A stretch of 64,000 nt of DNA from Longimicrobiales bacterium. GTDB lineage: Bacteria; Gemmatimonadota; Gemmatimonadetes; Longimicrobiales; Gaopeijiaceae. Positions 48,751-58,522 of this stretch are shown piece by piece (the stretch's first letter is position 1; each line of letters opens with the position of its first letter). Position numbers and translations under genes: made by a program. The notes beneath the pieces were generated by a model that was given only the letters and a program-made list of their open reading frames with translations, was not told the origin of the DNA and did no database searches. The stretch covers positions 4,704,001-4,768,000 of the forward strand of contig OZ250165.1 of NCBI GenBank assembly GCA_965238005.1, read 5' to 3'.

Positions 48751-51090
48751 ATGAGCCTCACCGACACCGAAACAGCCCCCAAGCTCGTCGACGACGACGA
48801 GCGGGGGGTAAGAGATGGTCCCAAAGTCGACGGACCGCCCTACGGCTGGGCGGTCATCGTCGCTCTGGGGGTGGGCCTCATTTATGCGATCACCCTGGCT
48901 CCCACCACAGCCTTCTGGGACACGAGCGAATATATAGCCACCGGGCATATCCTGGGGATTCCCCATGCGCCTGGGAACCCGCTCTTCGTGGTCCTGGCAC
49001 GCACGTGGGACGTCCTCCTGGCCCCCCTCGGTCTGACGGTGGCCACCCGCATCAATCTCTTCTCCGCGCTAATGGGGAGCCTGGCCCACGGCCTCTGGTT
49101 CCTGGCCGTATACCACGTCCTCGGGTTCTTCTCCAACGATCGACGCTTCCGGTTGGTCGGCGCCGTGACCGCGGCTCTCGTGAGCGCGACAGCCTTCACC
49201 GTCTGGAATCAGTCCAACGTGAACGAGAAGGTCTACACGGTCTCGCTCTTCACCATCGCTCTCTTGACCTGGCTCGTGTTCCACTGGCGAGAGAACCTGG
49301 GCAAGGGCAGGGACGACAACCTGCTGGTGCTCATGGCTTTCATCCTGGCGTTGTCGGTGGGGAACCACCTGATGGCGTTCCTGGCCGCCCCTGCTCTGGC
49401 TGTGTTCATCCTGCTGATCTCGCCTAAGACCCTTCTCAACTGGCGACTCTTCGCTGTTGGCGCCCTGGCGGTGTTCCTCGGCCTCTCCATTCACCTCTTC
49501 CTGCCGCTCCGGGCCGGTCTGGCCCCCATCATCAACGAAGGCGACCCGACCTGTTCGAGCATCCAGAGCGCCCTGACAAGCATCGTCACGTGGGGGCAAG
49601 CGGGGTGCATGGAGCTGTCATCGGCCCTCTCCAGGCAGCAGTATGACAAGGCACCTCTCTTCCCACGCCCGGCACCCCTGTGGTCTCAGTACGCCAACTA
49701 CCTCCAGTACTTCGACTGGCAATGGGCCAGGGGCGTGGCCGGACCGGAGACGGTCTTCCCACTCCTGAGGCTCCCGTTCACCGCTCTCTTCGCAGCCCTT
49801 GGGGCCTATGGCGCCAGCCAGCACCTCCGCCGTGACTCGGCCACCGGGCTCTACACCTTGGTCCTGTTCGTCACGCTCTCGCTGGGCCTGGTCTTCTACC
49901 TGAACTTCAAATACGGGTACTCCCTCGCGTCGCCCGCCCCGGGGACCGACATCCACGAGGTGCGTGAGCGGGATTACTTCTTCATCGTCGGCTTCTCGGT
50001 CTGGGGGCTCTGGGCCGGACTCGGAATCGCAGCGCTCTGGCAGCGGGTTGCCGAGCGGACGGGCGGCTCCTGGCTGCGGGCGGCCCCAGTACTGTCGCTG
50101 GCCCTCATACCGCTTCTTCTCAACTGGTCCTGGGCCAGCCGCAGGGGCGACTACTCGGCCAGAGACTGGGGGTACAACCTCCTCATGAGCGTGGAGCCGT
50201 ATGCGGTTCTCTTCACCAACGGGGACAACGACACATTCCCCCTCTGGTACCTGCAGGAAGCGGAGGGCATCCGACGGGACGTGATCGTCATCGTCACGTC
50301 CTATCTCAACACCGACTGGTATACCAAGCAGATCCGCGACCTGACCCGCCCCTGTCCCGCCAACGTGGACCCCGAGCAGGATCCGACGACGATCGTCTGC
50401 CAGCGTCCCTACCAAGCCTCATCGACGGCGGCGATGTATACCCACGATCCCGGCGAGGCCGAGGCTTTGGGAAAGATCGGGATCCTGATGGACGAGCCGG
50501 TGACCACACCGCGGAAGTCGATCCTTGCCCTGGACGACACCGTCATCGAGCAGGTGGTCAACCCCGCGGGGTATGTCAAAATGGAGGAGACCCGCGAGTT
50601 CCGCTTCGGGCCCGTGGTCGCCACGCTGGACGGAGGTACGGTGGTCGCCCCCTGGCAGCAATTCGCCCTGGCGCTGATCCAGAACAGCATCGACGACCGG
50701 CCCATCTATTTCGCCTCCAGCGGTAACGCCCCGTGGTCCCTGGGCTTGTCCCCCTATCTGGTCCGGCAGGGCGTGGCTTTTCGGCTCAACCCAGGCCCTC
50801 CGGATCTGAGCCCGAGGAACGTTCCCATGCAGGCCGCGGGCCTGTGGCCTGCCACGGGCCCGTGGCTCGACGAGGAGCGGACTCGCACGCTGGTCGACAG
50901 CGTGTTCGTGCACCGGGGGGGGATCCCCGACGAGTGGGCATACTGGCCGGACCGATCCACCGCCGGCATCCCGAAGTACTACGCCTGGGCCTACGCGGCT
51001 CTCGTCCAGAGTGCGATCCGGAGCGACGACGAAAGCTCGGCAGCTCGCTACGAAGATCGTCGGATCGCCTGGGAGGCGTTGGCGCGGTAA
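48751..51090 (+). CDS. DUF2723 / TMEM260-like membrane glycosyltransferase
   Basis: FWDTSEY, HAPGNPL, EKVY, EVRERDYF and FTNGDNDTFPLWY. Confidence 0.88.
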   Translation: MSLTDTETAPKLVDDDERGVRDGPKVDGPPYGWAVIVALGVGLIYAITLAPTTAFWDTSEYIATGHILGIPHAPGNPLFVVLARTWDVLLAPLGLTVATRINLFSALMGSLAHGLWFLAVYHVLGFFSNDRRFRLVGAVTAALVSATAFTVWNQSNVNEKVYTVSLFTIALLTWLVFHWRENLGKGRDDNLLVLMAFILALSVGNHLMAFLAAPALAVFILLISPKTLLNWRLFAVGALAVFLGLSIHLFLPLRAGLAPIINEGDPTCSSIQSALTSIVTWGQAGCMELSSALSRQQYDKAPLFPRPAPLWSQYANYLQYFDWQWARGVAGPETVFPLLRLPFTALFAALGAYGASQHLRRDSATGLYTLVLFVTLSLGLVFYLNFKYGYSLASPAPGTDIHEVRERDYFFIVGFSVWGLWAGLGIAALWQRVAERTGGSWLRAAPVLSLALIPLLLNWSWASRRGDYSARDWGYNLLMSVEPYAVLFTNGDNDTFPLWYLQEAEGIRRDVIVIVTSYLNTDWYTKQIRDLTRPCPANVDPEQDPTTIVCQRPYQASSTAAMYTHDPGEAEALGKIGILMDEPVTTPRKSILALDDTVIEQVVNPAGYVKMEETREFRFGPVVATLDGGTVVAPWQQFALALIQNSIDDRPIYFASSGNAPWSLGLSPYLVRQGVAFRLNPGPPDLSPRNVPMQAAGLWPATGPWLDEERTRTLVDSVFVHRGGIPDEWAYWPDRSTAGIPKYYAWAYAALVQSAIRSDDESSAARYEDRRIAWEALAR

Positions 51091-51209
51091 TCCCGCTGCG
51101 TGCGCGGTTCCCCCCGCGCGATCCGTCGGCCCTGCCACGGGGATGGCGGTAGCGCGACCTCGACAGCTATCCTCCTCAGGATTTCAATCCCACTGACAGG
51201 AGGAACCAG

Positions 51210-51647
51210 GTGAGCAGCGTCCCACAGAATTTCGAGAATCACGCCAGGTTCGTGCCCATGTACCACCTCGGGTCCTTTGGGCTCATCGCCGTATACGCCC
51301 TTTGGTCGCTGTATGTGATGGTGACCGCGTTCTCCCTCGCGTCGCTCATGTCCCTGCTCTTCGCCATCGGCGTGATCATCACCTTCTTCTTCGCCCGAGT
51401 CTTCCCGCTTGGAGTGCAGGATCGGGTCATTCGCCTCGAGGAGCGGTTACGCCTCGAGCGCCTCCTGCCGCCGGAGCGGCGCGACGCGATCTACAATGTG
51501 GACACCGAACTGCTCATCGGCCTCCGGTTCGCCTCCGACGGCGAGGTCGCCGACCTTTTCGACGCCATCGTCACCGAGGGCATCACCGACCGGGACGAGG
51601 TGAAGAAGCGGGTGACGAGCTGGCGGGCCGATCACCAACGGATCTGA
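51210..51647 (+). CDS. Small membrane protein (DUF6526-like)
   Basis: QNFENH, QDRVIRLEERLR, LRFASD and WRADHQRI; AGGAGG RBS. Confidence 0.8.
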   Translation: MSSVPQNFENHARFVPMYHLGSFGLIAVYALWSLYVMVTAFSLASLMSLLFAIGVIITFFFARVFPLGVQDRVIRLEERLRLERLLPPERRDAIYNVDTELLIGLRFASDGEVADLFDAIVTEGITDRDEVKKRVTSWRADHQRI

Positions 51648-51655
51648 CGCATCGG

Positions 51656-52134
51656 GTGGAGCACGAATCACCGTCGGGCGGGACCACGGCCTCCGATCCG
51701 TCTCCAAGCCATGGCTCGAGGCGGAGATCATCCTACGGATCGTGCAGACCGTGGACCGCTGGTACCTGGGGGTACAGAACCTGGCCCGCTCCGTAGGGAT
51801 CCTGGGTTAGGGGCGGGAGTCGATTCAGGATTACGAGGCCGAGGGTCTCCGGTACACCGAGTTCCCGGACCTCAGCGACGAGGGCTGGCCGGGGTTCCGC
51901 ATGGTGATTCCCCCTGAAGCCACCTTGAGCCACACGACATCCGGTGTCTTCTACAGGGGCGTCCACCATCGCAGTCACCTCGTGCGGGAAGAGCCGGTGG
52001 TCAGGTACAAGGCGGCCCTGGTGGATGCCGGCCTTCGGTATGAGTCCGGGGACGACCCCATGGAGGACTTCCTCCGGATGGGTGACCTCGGCGGCGACGT
52101 CAGGATCCGCATCGCGCGAACACGGCGGGGGTGA
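51656..52134 (+). pseudogene. Possible degraded gene remnant of unknown family
   Basis: Two protein-like frames (...PWLEAEIILRIVQTVDRWYLG...* and ESIQDYEAEG...RIARTRRG*) meet near 51810; no clear start. Confidence 0.3.
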
Positions 52135-52241
52135 ACCGCGATCTCCATCGGGCAGTATCGGGACCACTCGAACGTCGAGGCCGTCATCCGTGAAACCGCG
52201 AGGAGGATGAGATCGGCGGAAACGTAGGGTATTCGCCAGGG

Positions 52242-53654
52242 TCAGTGGACCCATAGCTTCCCTACTCCGCTTCTCCGGATGCGCGTATGAGGCGCGCCGG
52301 CCCGGTCCACACGCAGGTCCACGATCCAATCGAACGATTCGGGAATCGTGTCCAGGATCTCGCCCCGGCAGAAGAGGAGGATCTTCGGAACCTGGGGCAG
52401 CATGTTCCGAAGAAGCCCGACGGCCCGGACCTTGGCCTCAGGCTCGAGGCGGTCGAAGGTATCACCGAGGAGCACCTCCTCGAACTGAATTCCCTGCTCA
52501 GCGGCGAGATCGATGAGCGCGAGCCGGAGCGCGAGCAAGTACGCCGCCACTTCCTCGTCGGACTGCAGCCGTCTCGCCCCCTCGTCCCGGACGACCGTAG
52601 GCTCTCCGTCTCCGGTGAGGCCCACTCCCAGAACGCCGCCGCTGGTCAAGTGATTGAGGTAGCGGCCCGTCCGGCCCGCAAGCATGTCCCGGGCGTCCGA
52701 GAGCAGCTCGGCTCGGAGGGCCTCCAGAGCCCGGCGACGCCGATCGACGTCTTCGCTGGCCACCCCGCGGTCCTCCAACCGCGTCGATCTCCGTCGATCC
52801 CTCGAGGTTCCAGCGGCCCGTACCGCGGCGAGCGTGTCCTCGGCTTCCGCCAACTCCGCGAGCCGCGCACGGATACGCTCCATCTCCTCCGTGCACTCCT
52901 CGATCGCCGCCTGAAGCCGGATCGCCTTCCCCTCCAGGTCCTGAAGATGAGAAGGCTTGAAGTCCAGCTGCTCTCGACGCCGCTTCCACCAGCTGCCGTC
53001 CTGAACGACCGACTCCCACTCTTCACGCAGCACGGTCAAAACGGACTCGAACCGTTCGGCGAGCAGGCGATCGCACGTGGGACACTCGCTCTCAGGGGCC
53101 CCAGCCTCCAGCTGCTGGAGCCGCACCTTCAGCTCACGGGCGCGATCCCGATAGGCCAGGAGGTGCGTCTCCGCGTCCTGCCTCTCGCGCAGCCAGTCCA
53201 TGTTGGCGACCTCCATGTCGCCACTCACCTCCGCTGCGTCGGCCCGCATCTCCCGGAGCTCACGCTCTTTTGTTCGCACGGCCTCCGGAAGCCGACGGAG
53301 CTCCTGGACCCGGGCACGGAGGTTCTCCACCCCCGAGTCCATGGAGATGAGGCCCGAAGTCGCCGAACTCTCTCTCTCCAGATCCGAAACTTCCCTGTCC
53401 ACCCCGTCCAGTCCGAGCCACTGCGCCAGCACTCGCACGGCGCACCGCCACGCCTGTGCGGGCTCCGTCAGTCCGTGTCCGGCCACCAACGTCGCCAACC
53501 GCTCGTCGCCCTTCGCTAATGGACCGGCGAATCGCTCGAGCGCCTCGCTGCGGAGCGGTCCGTCGCCACCGACGAGCGCGGCAAGGCCGGGGCCGAGCCG
53601 GAAGCCCAGCCGGTCCGCGTCCCACGACGATGTGCCGAGATTGAGGCTGCTCAA
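52242..53654 (-). CDS. Short SbcC/Rad50-like coiled-coil protein with degenerate ATPase motifs
   Basis: Central CPTC zinc hook flanked by coiled coils; LALRLAL head helix; follows an sbcD-like gene. Confidence 0.75.
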   Translation of the reverse strand: MSSLNLGTSSWDADRLGFRLGPGLAALVGGDGPLRSEALERFAGPLAKGDERLATLVAGHGLTEPAQAWRCAVRVLAQWLGLDGVDREVSDLERESSATSGLISMDSGVENLRARVQELRRLPEAVRTKERELREMRADAAEVSGDMEVANMDWLRERQDAETHLLAYRDRARELKVRLQQLEAGAPESECPTCDRLLAERFESVLTVLREEWESVVQDGSWWKRRREQLDFKPSHLQDLEGKAIRLQAAIEECTEEMERIRARLAELAEAEDTLAAVRAAGTSRDRRRSTRLEDRGVASEDVDRRRRALEALRAELLSDARDMLAGRTGRYLNHLTSGGVLGVGLTGDGEPTVVRDEGARRLQSDEEVAAYLLALRLALIDLAAEQGIQFEEVLLGDTFDRLEPEAKVRAVGLLRNMLPQVPKILLFCRGEILDTIPESFDWIVDLRVDRAGAPHTRIRRSGVGKLWVH

Positions 53655-53666
53655 CGCGCTTTCCTG

Positions 53667-54743
53667 CTACAATTGCGTCGCTGTGAGACAATCCTCCACC
53701 AGCCGTACCAGATCCTCGAGGCTCCCCCCATCCTCCGTGAGGCGCTCCGCCAGCCTGGACGCCAAGCGCACCGAGGGCCGCTCCTCGGCGGATTCCCCCG
53801 CCGTTCGGTCATCGAGCTGCACCTCCAGATGCAGAGCTCTGCGTCGGTACTCGGGAAAGAGCCCTTCCAGCAGGTCCAAGCGGTCCGGGGGAAGCCCCTC
53901 AATGCGAATACGCACGATCTTCTCTTCGATTCCACCCGGGACCTCGTTCAGTACTTCCCGGACACGTTCGCGGAGCCGGTTCGGGCGATCCGCCTCATAC
54001 GGGATCGAGGCCAAGGAGACGACGGGACGACCGTGGATGGCGTGGAAGCGAACACGCCCCGACTCCAGCTCGCACGTCAGGAAGCCCTTCTCCTCAGCCG
54101 CCTCCTCCCACGGCGTAGGCCCCACCCGCTCGAGGGATCCGGCATAGTGCACAGGCCCTCCAACCCTCCGGCGGTGGTGCTCGTAGCCGAGAGCCACGTA
54201 GTCCCACTTCGAGGGGTCCAATGCGAGCATGGCATTGTCCCCTCCGTCCGTCGATCCGTAGCCCACTAGCACGTTCCAGCGGGCATCGGGGTTGGGAGCC
54301 ACCGGTGGAGGCGGTCCCTGCAGCGTGGCCCGATGGGGAACGAGCGTCACGTTCAACCCCAGCTGAGAGTAATACACCGAGCGCGTCGTTCCGGTCACGG
54401 CCTCCACGGCGGCCATGGTGTCGAACGTCGCCAACGGACCCGGATCGGCCACGGGAGCCGGTGTATCGCGCGCCCCCGCCGCCAACAGCACCGGCGTGTC
54501 CGGGAGAGCTTCCCGGAGGGCCTGGAGCCCCTGTGCGAGGGCTACCAGGGCGGAGTGAGGTGGCTCCGGCCGATCGAACACGTCACCCGCCACTACCACG
54601 GCCGCCGGGCCCAGTCCGATCACCTTCTCGATGGCCTGGTGGAAAGCGCGGGTAACGTCCGCCTCTCGGACGTTACGGCCCTGCTCCACATGGGCGTACG
54701 CCCGGTACCCCAGGTGGAGGTCAGAGAAGTGGGCGATGATCAC
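53667..54743 (-). CDS. SbcD/Mre11-like metallophosphoesterase, partly degenerate
   Basis: SDLHLG, AGDVFD, YAGSLER and EEKGF; GNHD is replaced by GARD. Confidence 0.85.
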   Translation of the reverse strand: MIIAHFSDLHLGYRAYAHVEQGRNVREADVTRAFHQAIEKVIGLGPAAVVVAGDVFDRPEPPHSALVALAQGLQALREALPDTPVLLAAGARDTPAPVADPGPLATFDTMAAVEAVTGTTRSVYYSQLGLNVTLVPHRATLQGPPPPVAPNPDARWNVLVGYGSTDGGDNAMLALDPSKWDYVALGYEHHRRRVGGPVHYAGSLERVGPTPWEEAAEEKGFLTCELESGRVRFHAIHGRPVVSLASIPYEADRPNRLRERVREVLNEVPGGIEEKIVRIRIEGLPPDRLDLLEGLFPEYRRRALHLEVQLDDRTAGESAEERPSVRLASRLAERLTEDGGSLEDLVRLVEDCLTATQL

Positions 54744-55387
54744 GAGGGCTTCATCTCGGACTCGGGCTTCGCAAGAGGCTCCAGGTCCACGTTGGATGCC
54801 GACGGCACGTCAGTGTCCGACTCAACCGCCCCTTCCAGAATCCACCCCTGCAAGAGGGCGGTGCCGGACAGGACGATGAGGAGGAAAAGCAAGAGAGACG
54901 GGGCACCCAGGCGCGACAGTCCGCTCAAGCCGGTCGCCAGAACCCCGAGCGCGGCACCCAGAGCGGCGACTGCCCCGGCCCTCGGCGGCCCATCGGTAAT
55001 CCACACCGTAGAGATAGCCGCCAGTAGGCGGCCACAAGCGTAGAGTGGCAACCCTGCCAGCAACGCCAGGCCGAGAGCCTGGGTCGTAGCCCCCGCGCCG
55101 AATCCCTCCCCGAACGTCCAAGCGACTGTAAAGACCGACGCGGCCAGGAAGGCGATGAGCACCGACAGCCATCGCCTCCGGAGAGATTCTACTACCCCCG
55201 GCCACTCCGCCACAGGGGGACCCGCCAGCCCGACGCCCAAGGCCACCAGCTCGACCGCGACGATCAGCGTCAGCGACCGGAGCATGCCCTCGCCCGAGTA
55301 CAGCAGCAGTGCCACGGCGACGGCTGCGGCCGTGGCCGCGGCCGCCCCCACAACGAAAGAGGGCACCCACGCCAGACGGGCCCTCAA
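54740..55387 (-). CDS. Multi-pass membrane protein
   Basis: About 6 TM helices; its stop overlaps the sbcD-like start (ATGA). Confidence 0.7.
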   Translation of the reverse strand: MRARLAWVPSFVVGAAAATAAAVAVALLLYSGEGMLRSLTLIVAVELVALGVGLAGPPVAEWPGVVESLRRRWLSVLIAFLAASVFTVAWTFGEGFGAGATTQALGLALLAGLPLYACGRLLAAISTVWITDGPPRAGAVAALGAALGVLATGLSGLSRLGAPSLLLFLLIVLSGTALLQGWILEGAVESDTDVPSASNVDLEPLAKPESEMKPS

Positions 55388-55483
55388 CGATTCGCCGTTT
55401 CCCGCAGATCGACCTCACCCGGGGCCGTCCGGTGGTCAGGCGGCACCTTTGATTTCCCCCAGGGGCCGGGATAGCTTTTCCGC

Positions 55484-56494
55484 ATGGTCAAAGGCCTTCA
55501 GAGGGTCCCGTTGCTCGGGATTGTAATGGTCGGGTTGGGTTGCGACAACGTGGAGTGGGGAGGGGTCGACATGAGGCTGAGATCTCCCTCGGAGCCTACG
55601 ATCATGGAGGCTCCTGCTCCGCCCGCCGACGCGACTGCAACTCCCGTGACTCCCAGACCCTCGGAGCCCGTCCTGTACCTGGGCCGGCGGGTGGGATCCG
55701 AGGCCTGGCTGGTGCCTGTAGCGGAAATGCACGCCGATGGGCTACACGCGCTCCCAGGAGATGGCGGGGGCCAGGAGAGTCGGGCATTTGCCGAACAACA
55801 CTTCGCGGCGGGCTCGACGTTCACCCTCTTCACGGAAGGGGTGCGGGTGGGGACTCTCACGGCAGCCGGGTATGGCGCGGATGCGAGGTATTGTGGAGCG
55901 AGACCCCGGGTCCGTGGTCCCATCGAGCTCGTCCCGGACGCGGCCGCCAGCAGCGCCTTCCTCGCTCTTCCGAGCGATATAGGGGCATCGTTCGCGTACG
56001 AGGATCATGAGACAATCGTGCAGACTCGTGACCTGAGAGTCACGTCGCTCAACATGATGAGGGCACTCTTTCCCACGCTGAGAGCCACTTGGCCCGAATC
56101 CGTCCTCGCTATCCGGCGTGACATACAGATGTTCCGGAACGGCTCCGAAGGGGCCCCCACGGTCGTCGCGACCTTCGTGTACGGCGACTCCCTACAGGTG
56201 GGACCCGCGCCCCCCGACGCCTACTCGGTCTTTCTCATCGCCTCCGACCCCGACGGCAGTGGATACCAGACCACGTACGTCGATTACCGGGTATGGAGCC
56301 AGCACGGCAAGGGTGCTGCGCGCTACTTCGGCCGCATGGACGTGGATGGCGACGGCACACCCGAGCTCATCCTGGAGGTGCTGGGTGAGAGCTCCGTCTG
56401 GATCGCCACCCTGAAGCGAGAGGACGTCGGCTGGAGCGAATCGTACCGGGACTCTTGCGGCCTGCCGGCGCCCGTGGCCACAAGGGCCCCGTGA
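55484..56494 (+). CDS. Putative lipoprotein
   Basis: Lipobox VGLG|C; DVDGDGTPE (FG-GAP/EF-like loop). Confidence 0.75.
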   Translation: MVKGLQRVPLLGIVMVGLGCDNVEWGGVDMRLRSPSEPTIMEAPAPPADATATPVTPRPSEPVLYLGRRVGSEAWLVPVAEMHADGLHALPGDGGGQESRAFAEQHFAAGSTFTLFTEGVRVGTLTAAGYGADARYCGARPRVRGPIELVPDAAASSAFLALPSDIGASFAYEDHETIVQTRDLRVTSLNMMRALFPTLRATWPESVLAIRRDIQMFRNGSEGAPTVVATFVYGDSLQVGPAPPDAYSVFLIASDPDGSGYQTTYVDYRVWSQHGKGAARYFGRMDVDGDGTPELILEVLGESSVWIATLKREDVGWSESYRDSCGLPAPVATRAP

Positions 56495-56510
56495 CGCGAG
56501 CGTCCGGCAG

Positions 56511-56627
56511 CAGTGGCCCGTAGCCAATGATCGATTGGTGTTGATCTCGCTTCGCTCGATCGTCTCGCGGTCGACTCGGCCCTCACGACGAGCACGAAGG
56601 TCGCTCGACTCGAGCAGCGCTGCATCC
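56511..56627 (-). repeat. Truncated MITE type A relative
   Basis: 56541-56627 matches 59357-59443 at about 80/87; preceded by a decayed mini-MITE-like TIR, CAGTGGCCCGTAGCCAATGA. Confidence 0.8.
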
Positions 56628-56630
56628 ACC

Positions 56631-57527
56631 GTGACTTCGTTGCGCCGGCTCGGCACGTGTGTGCTGGTCGCCTCGCAGCTGAGTTGCACAGCCGATCAAG
56701 GCACCACTGGAGGCGATTCACCCGAGGGCCCCCCCCCAGGCTCCGCTGCGAGCGACTATCCCATCCTGGTCATCGATGACTCGGGGGCGCAGCATCGTTT
56801 CGACGCCCCTCCGGAAAGGATCGTCTCGCTCGTGCCGTCGGCAACCGAGACGCTCCTGGCTCTGGGGGTCCGGGCGAGCCTGGTGGGTCGAACGGACTAC
56901 GACCATTTGCCGGAGCTCGCCGAGCTGCCGTCGGTGGGGGGTGGACTCCAGCCCAACCTCGAGGTCCTGGTCTCACTCGATCCCGACCTGGTCGTCCGGT
57001 TCGCGGGCGAGTCTGACCAGGCCACGGCAGAGCGCCTGAGCGACCTCGGTATCCCACACTTCGCCATCCAGCCTGACGGCATCGCCGACGTTCAGTCGAT
57101 CATCGGACGTCTTGGAGCGATCACCGGCGCCGCTTCAGCCGCCGATTCGATCTTGGCGGGGATCCAGGAGGCCCTGGACGACGTGGCGGCGCGCGTCGAC
57201 GGCCTGCCCCGTCGCAAGGTAGTTTACCTCATGGGTGGCGAGCCCCCGTGGGTGACCGGGCCCGGGACGTACATACACGAGCTCATAGTGGCCGGCGGGG
57301 CGGAGAACGTCTTCGACGACCTTGAAGGGTTATATGTCCCCATAAGTCTGGAGGAGCTGATCACCCGTGAGGTAGACTTGATCCTCGTCTCCGAGGGGAG
57401 CGTGCCGCCGCAGGTCTCCGATGTCGAGCACGTGCCGCTGCCCAGCTCGGTGGAGGTGCCGGGGCCCGGACTGGGGGAGGCCGCCAGGACCATCGCTCGT
57501 CTGATCCACCCGGAGGCTTTCCGGTGA
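56631..57527 (+). CDS. btuF: BtuF-like cobalamin/iron-chelate ABC substrate-binding lipoprotein
   Basis: QLS|C lipobox, PERIVSLVPSATE and PNLE. Confidence 0.8.
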   Translation: MTSLRRLGTCVLVASQLSCTADQGTTGGDSPEGPPPGSAASDYPILVIDDSGAQHRFDAPPERIVSLVPSATETLLALGVRASLVGRTDYDHLPELAELPSVGGGLQPNLEVLVSLDPDLVVRFAGESDQATAERLSDLGIPHFAIQPDGIADVQSIIGRLGAITGAASAADSILAGIQEALDDVAARVDGLPRRKVVYLMGGEPPWVTGPGTYIHELIVAGGAENVFDDLEGLYVPISLEELITREVDLILVSEGSVPPQVSDVEHVPLPSSVEVPGPGLGEAARTIARLIHPEAFR

Positions 57528-58522
57528 GGCCGCTCGCTTGGGCTGGAGTGCTCCTCCTGGGTGTAATGGGCGCGTTCGCTGTGAGCATCTGGCTCGGCTC
57601 GGTCGCGCTCACACCGTCCGAGGTCGTCACCGCGTTGACGGGTGGAGGAGACCCCAATGTCCAACGAATCGTGGTGGAGCTACGGGCGCCGCGGGCGGCG
57701 CTGGCCATCCTGGTGGGCGGAGGACTGGCCCTGGCCGGAGCGGTTTTTCAAGCACTGCTCCGGAACCCCCTGGCGGAGCCGTACATTCTGGGGATCTCCG
57801 GCGGAGCCGCCACCGGAGCCGTCTTGGCCCTGTCTCTCGGCCTGGTAGCGAGTGGCTCCTGGGCTCTCCCGGCCGCGTCTTTCACGGGAGCCCTCCTGGC
57901 CATCGTTCTCGTGATGAGGGTCGCGGCTGCCGCCGATGACAGAGTCGACGTGCGAGTGCTCCTTCTGGCCGGGGTCGTGGTGGGCGCGTTCTTCAGTGCC
58001 TGTATCTCGTTCGTCTTGTCCGTCTCCGACGCCCGTACGGTGCGGAGCGCCGTCCTGTGGATGATGGGCAGCCTCGCCGGCGCAGATTGGCCCACCGTGG
58101 CAACGGTGACGCTGTATACCGTGCCGGCCGCTGTTCTGCTGGCGGGTCTCGCACGCCCGCTCAACCTCATGGCAATCGGCGAGGATACGGCAGGCTACCT
58201 CGGGACGAACGTGGAGCGCGTCAAGAAGACGGCCTACGTAGTGGCTTCGCTGCTGACCGCGGCGGGGGTGGCAGCCACAGGGGTCATCGGGTTCGTGGGG
58301 CTCATCGTGCCCCACGGCGTACGGCTGGTCGTCGGGTCCGACTACCGCATGCTGCTTCCGCTCTCGTTCCTTGCCGGAGCCGTGTTTCTTATCCTGGCCG
58401 ACGTGGTGGCCCGGACGATCCTGTCACCCACCGAGGTACCCATCGGCGTCATCACCGCGTTCGTGGGAGTGCCTCTATTCCTCATTCTGCTCCGCCGCAG
58501 CTTGGGAAGCGGAGGCCGCTAG
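57524..58522 (+). CDS. btuC: BtuC/FecCD-family permease
   Basis: LRAPR, RNPLAEP, IGFVGLIVPH and GVP.F. Confidence 0.88.
   Translation: MRPLAWAGVLLLGVMGAFAVSIWLGSVALTPSEVVTALTGGGDPNVQRIVVELRAPRAALAILVGGGLALAGAVFQALLRNPLAEPYILGISGGAATGAVLALSLGLVASGSWALPAASFTGALLAIVLVMRVAAAADDRVDVRVLLLAGVVVGAFFSACISFVLSVSDARTVRSAVLWMMGSLAGADWPTVATVTLYTVPAAVLLAGLARPLNLMAIGEDTAGYLGTNVERVKKTAYVVASLLTAAGVAATGVIGFVGLIVPHGVRLVVGSDYRMLLPLSFLAGAVFLILADVVARTILSPTEVPIGVITAFVGVPLFLILLRRSLGSGGR

Noticed and set aside
56495..56630. Cobalamin riboswitch upstream of btuF
   Set aside because: No B12-box consensus recognised; the sequence is explained by a MITE fragment.
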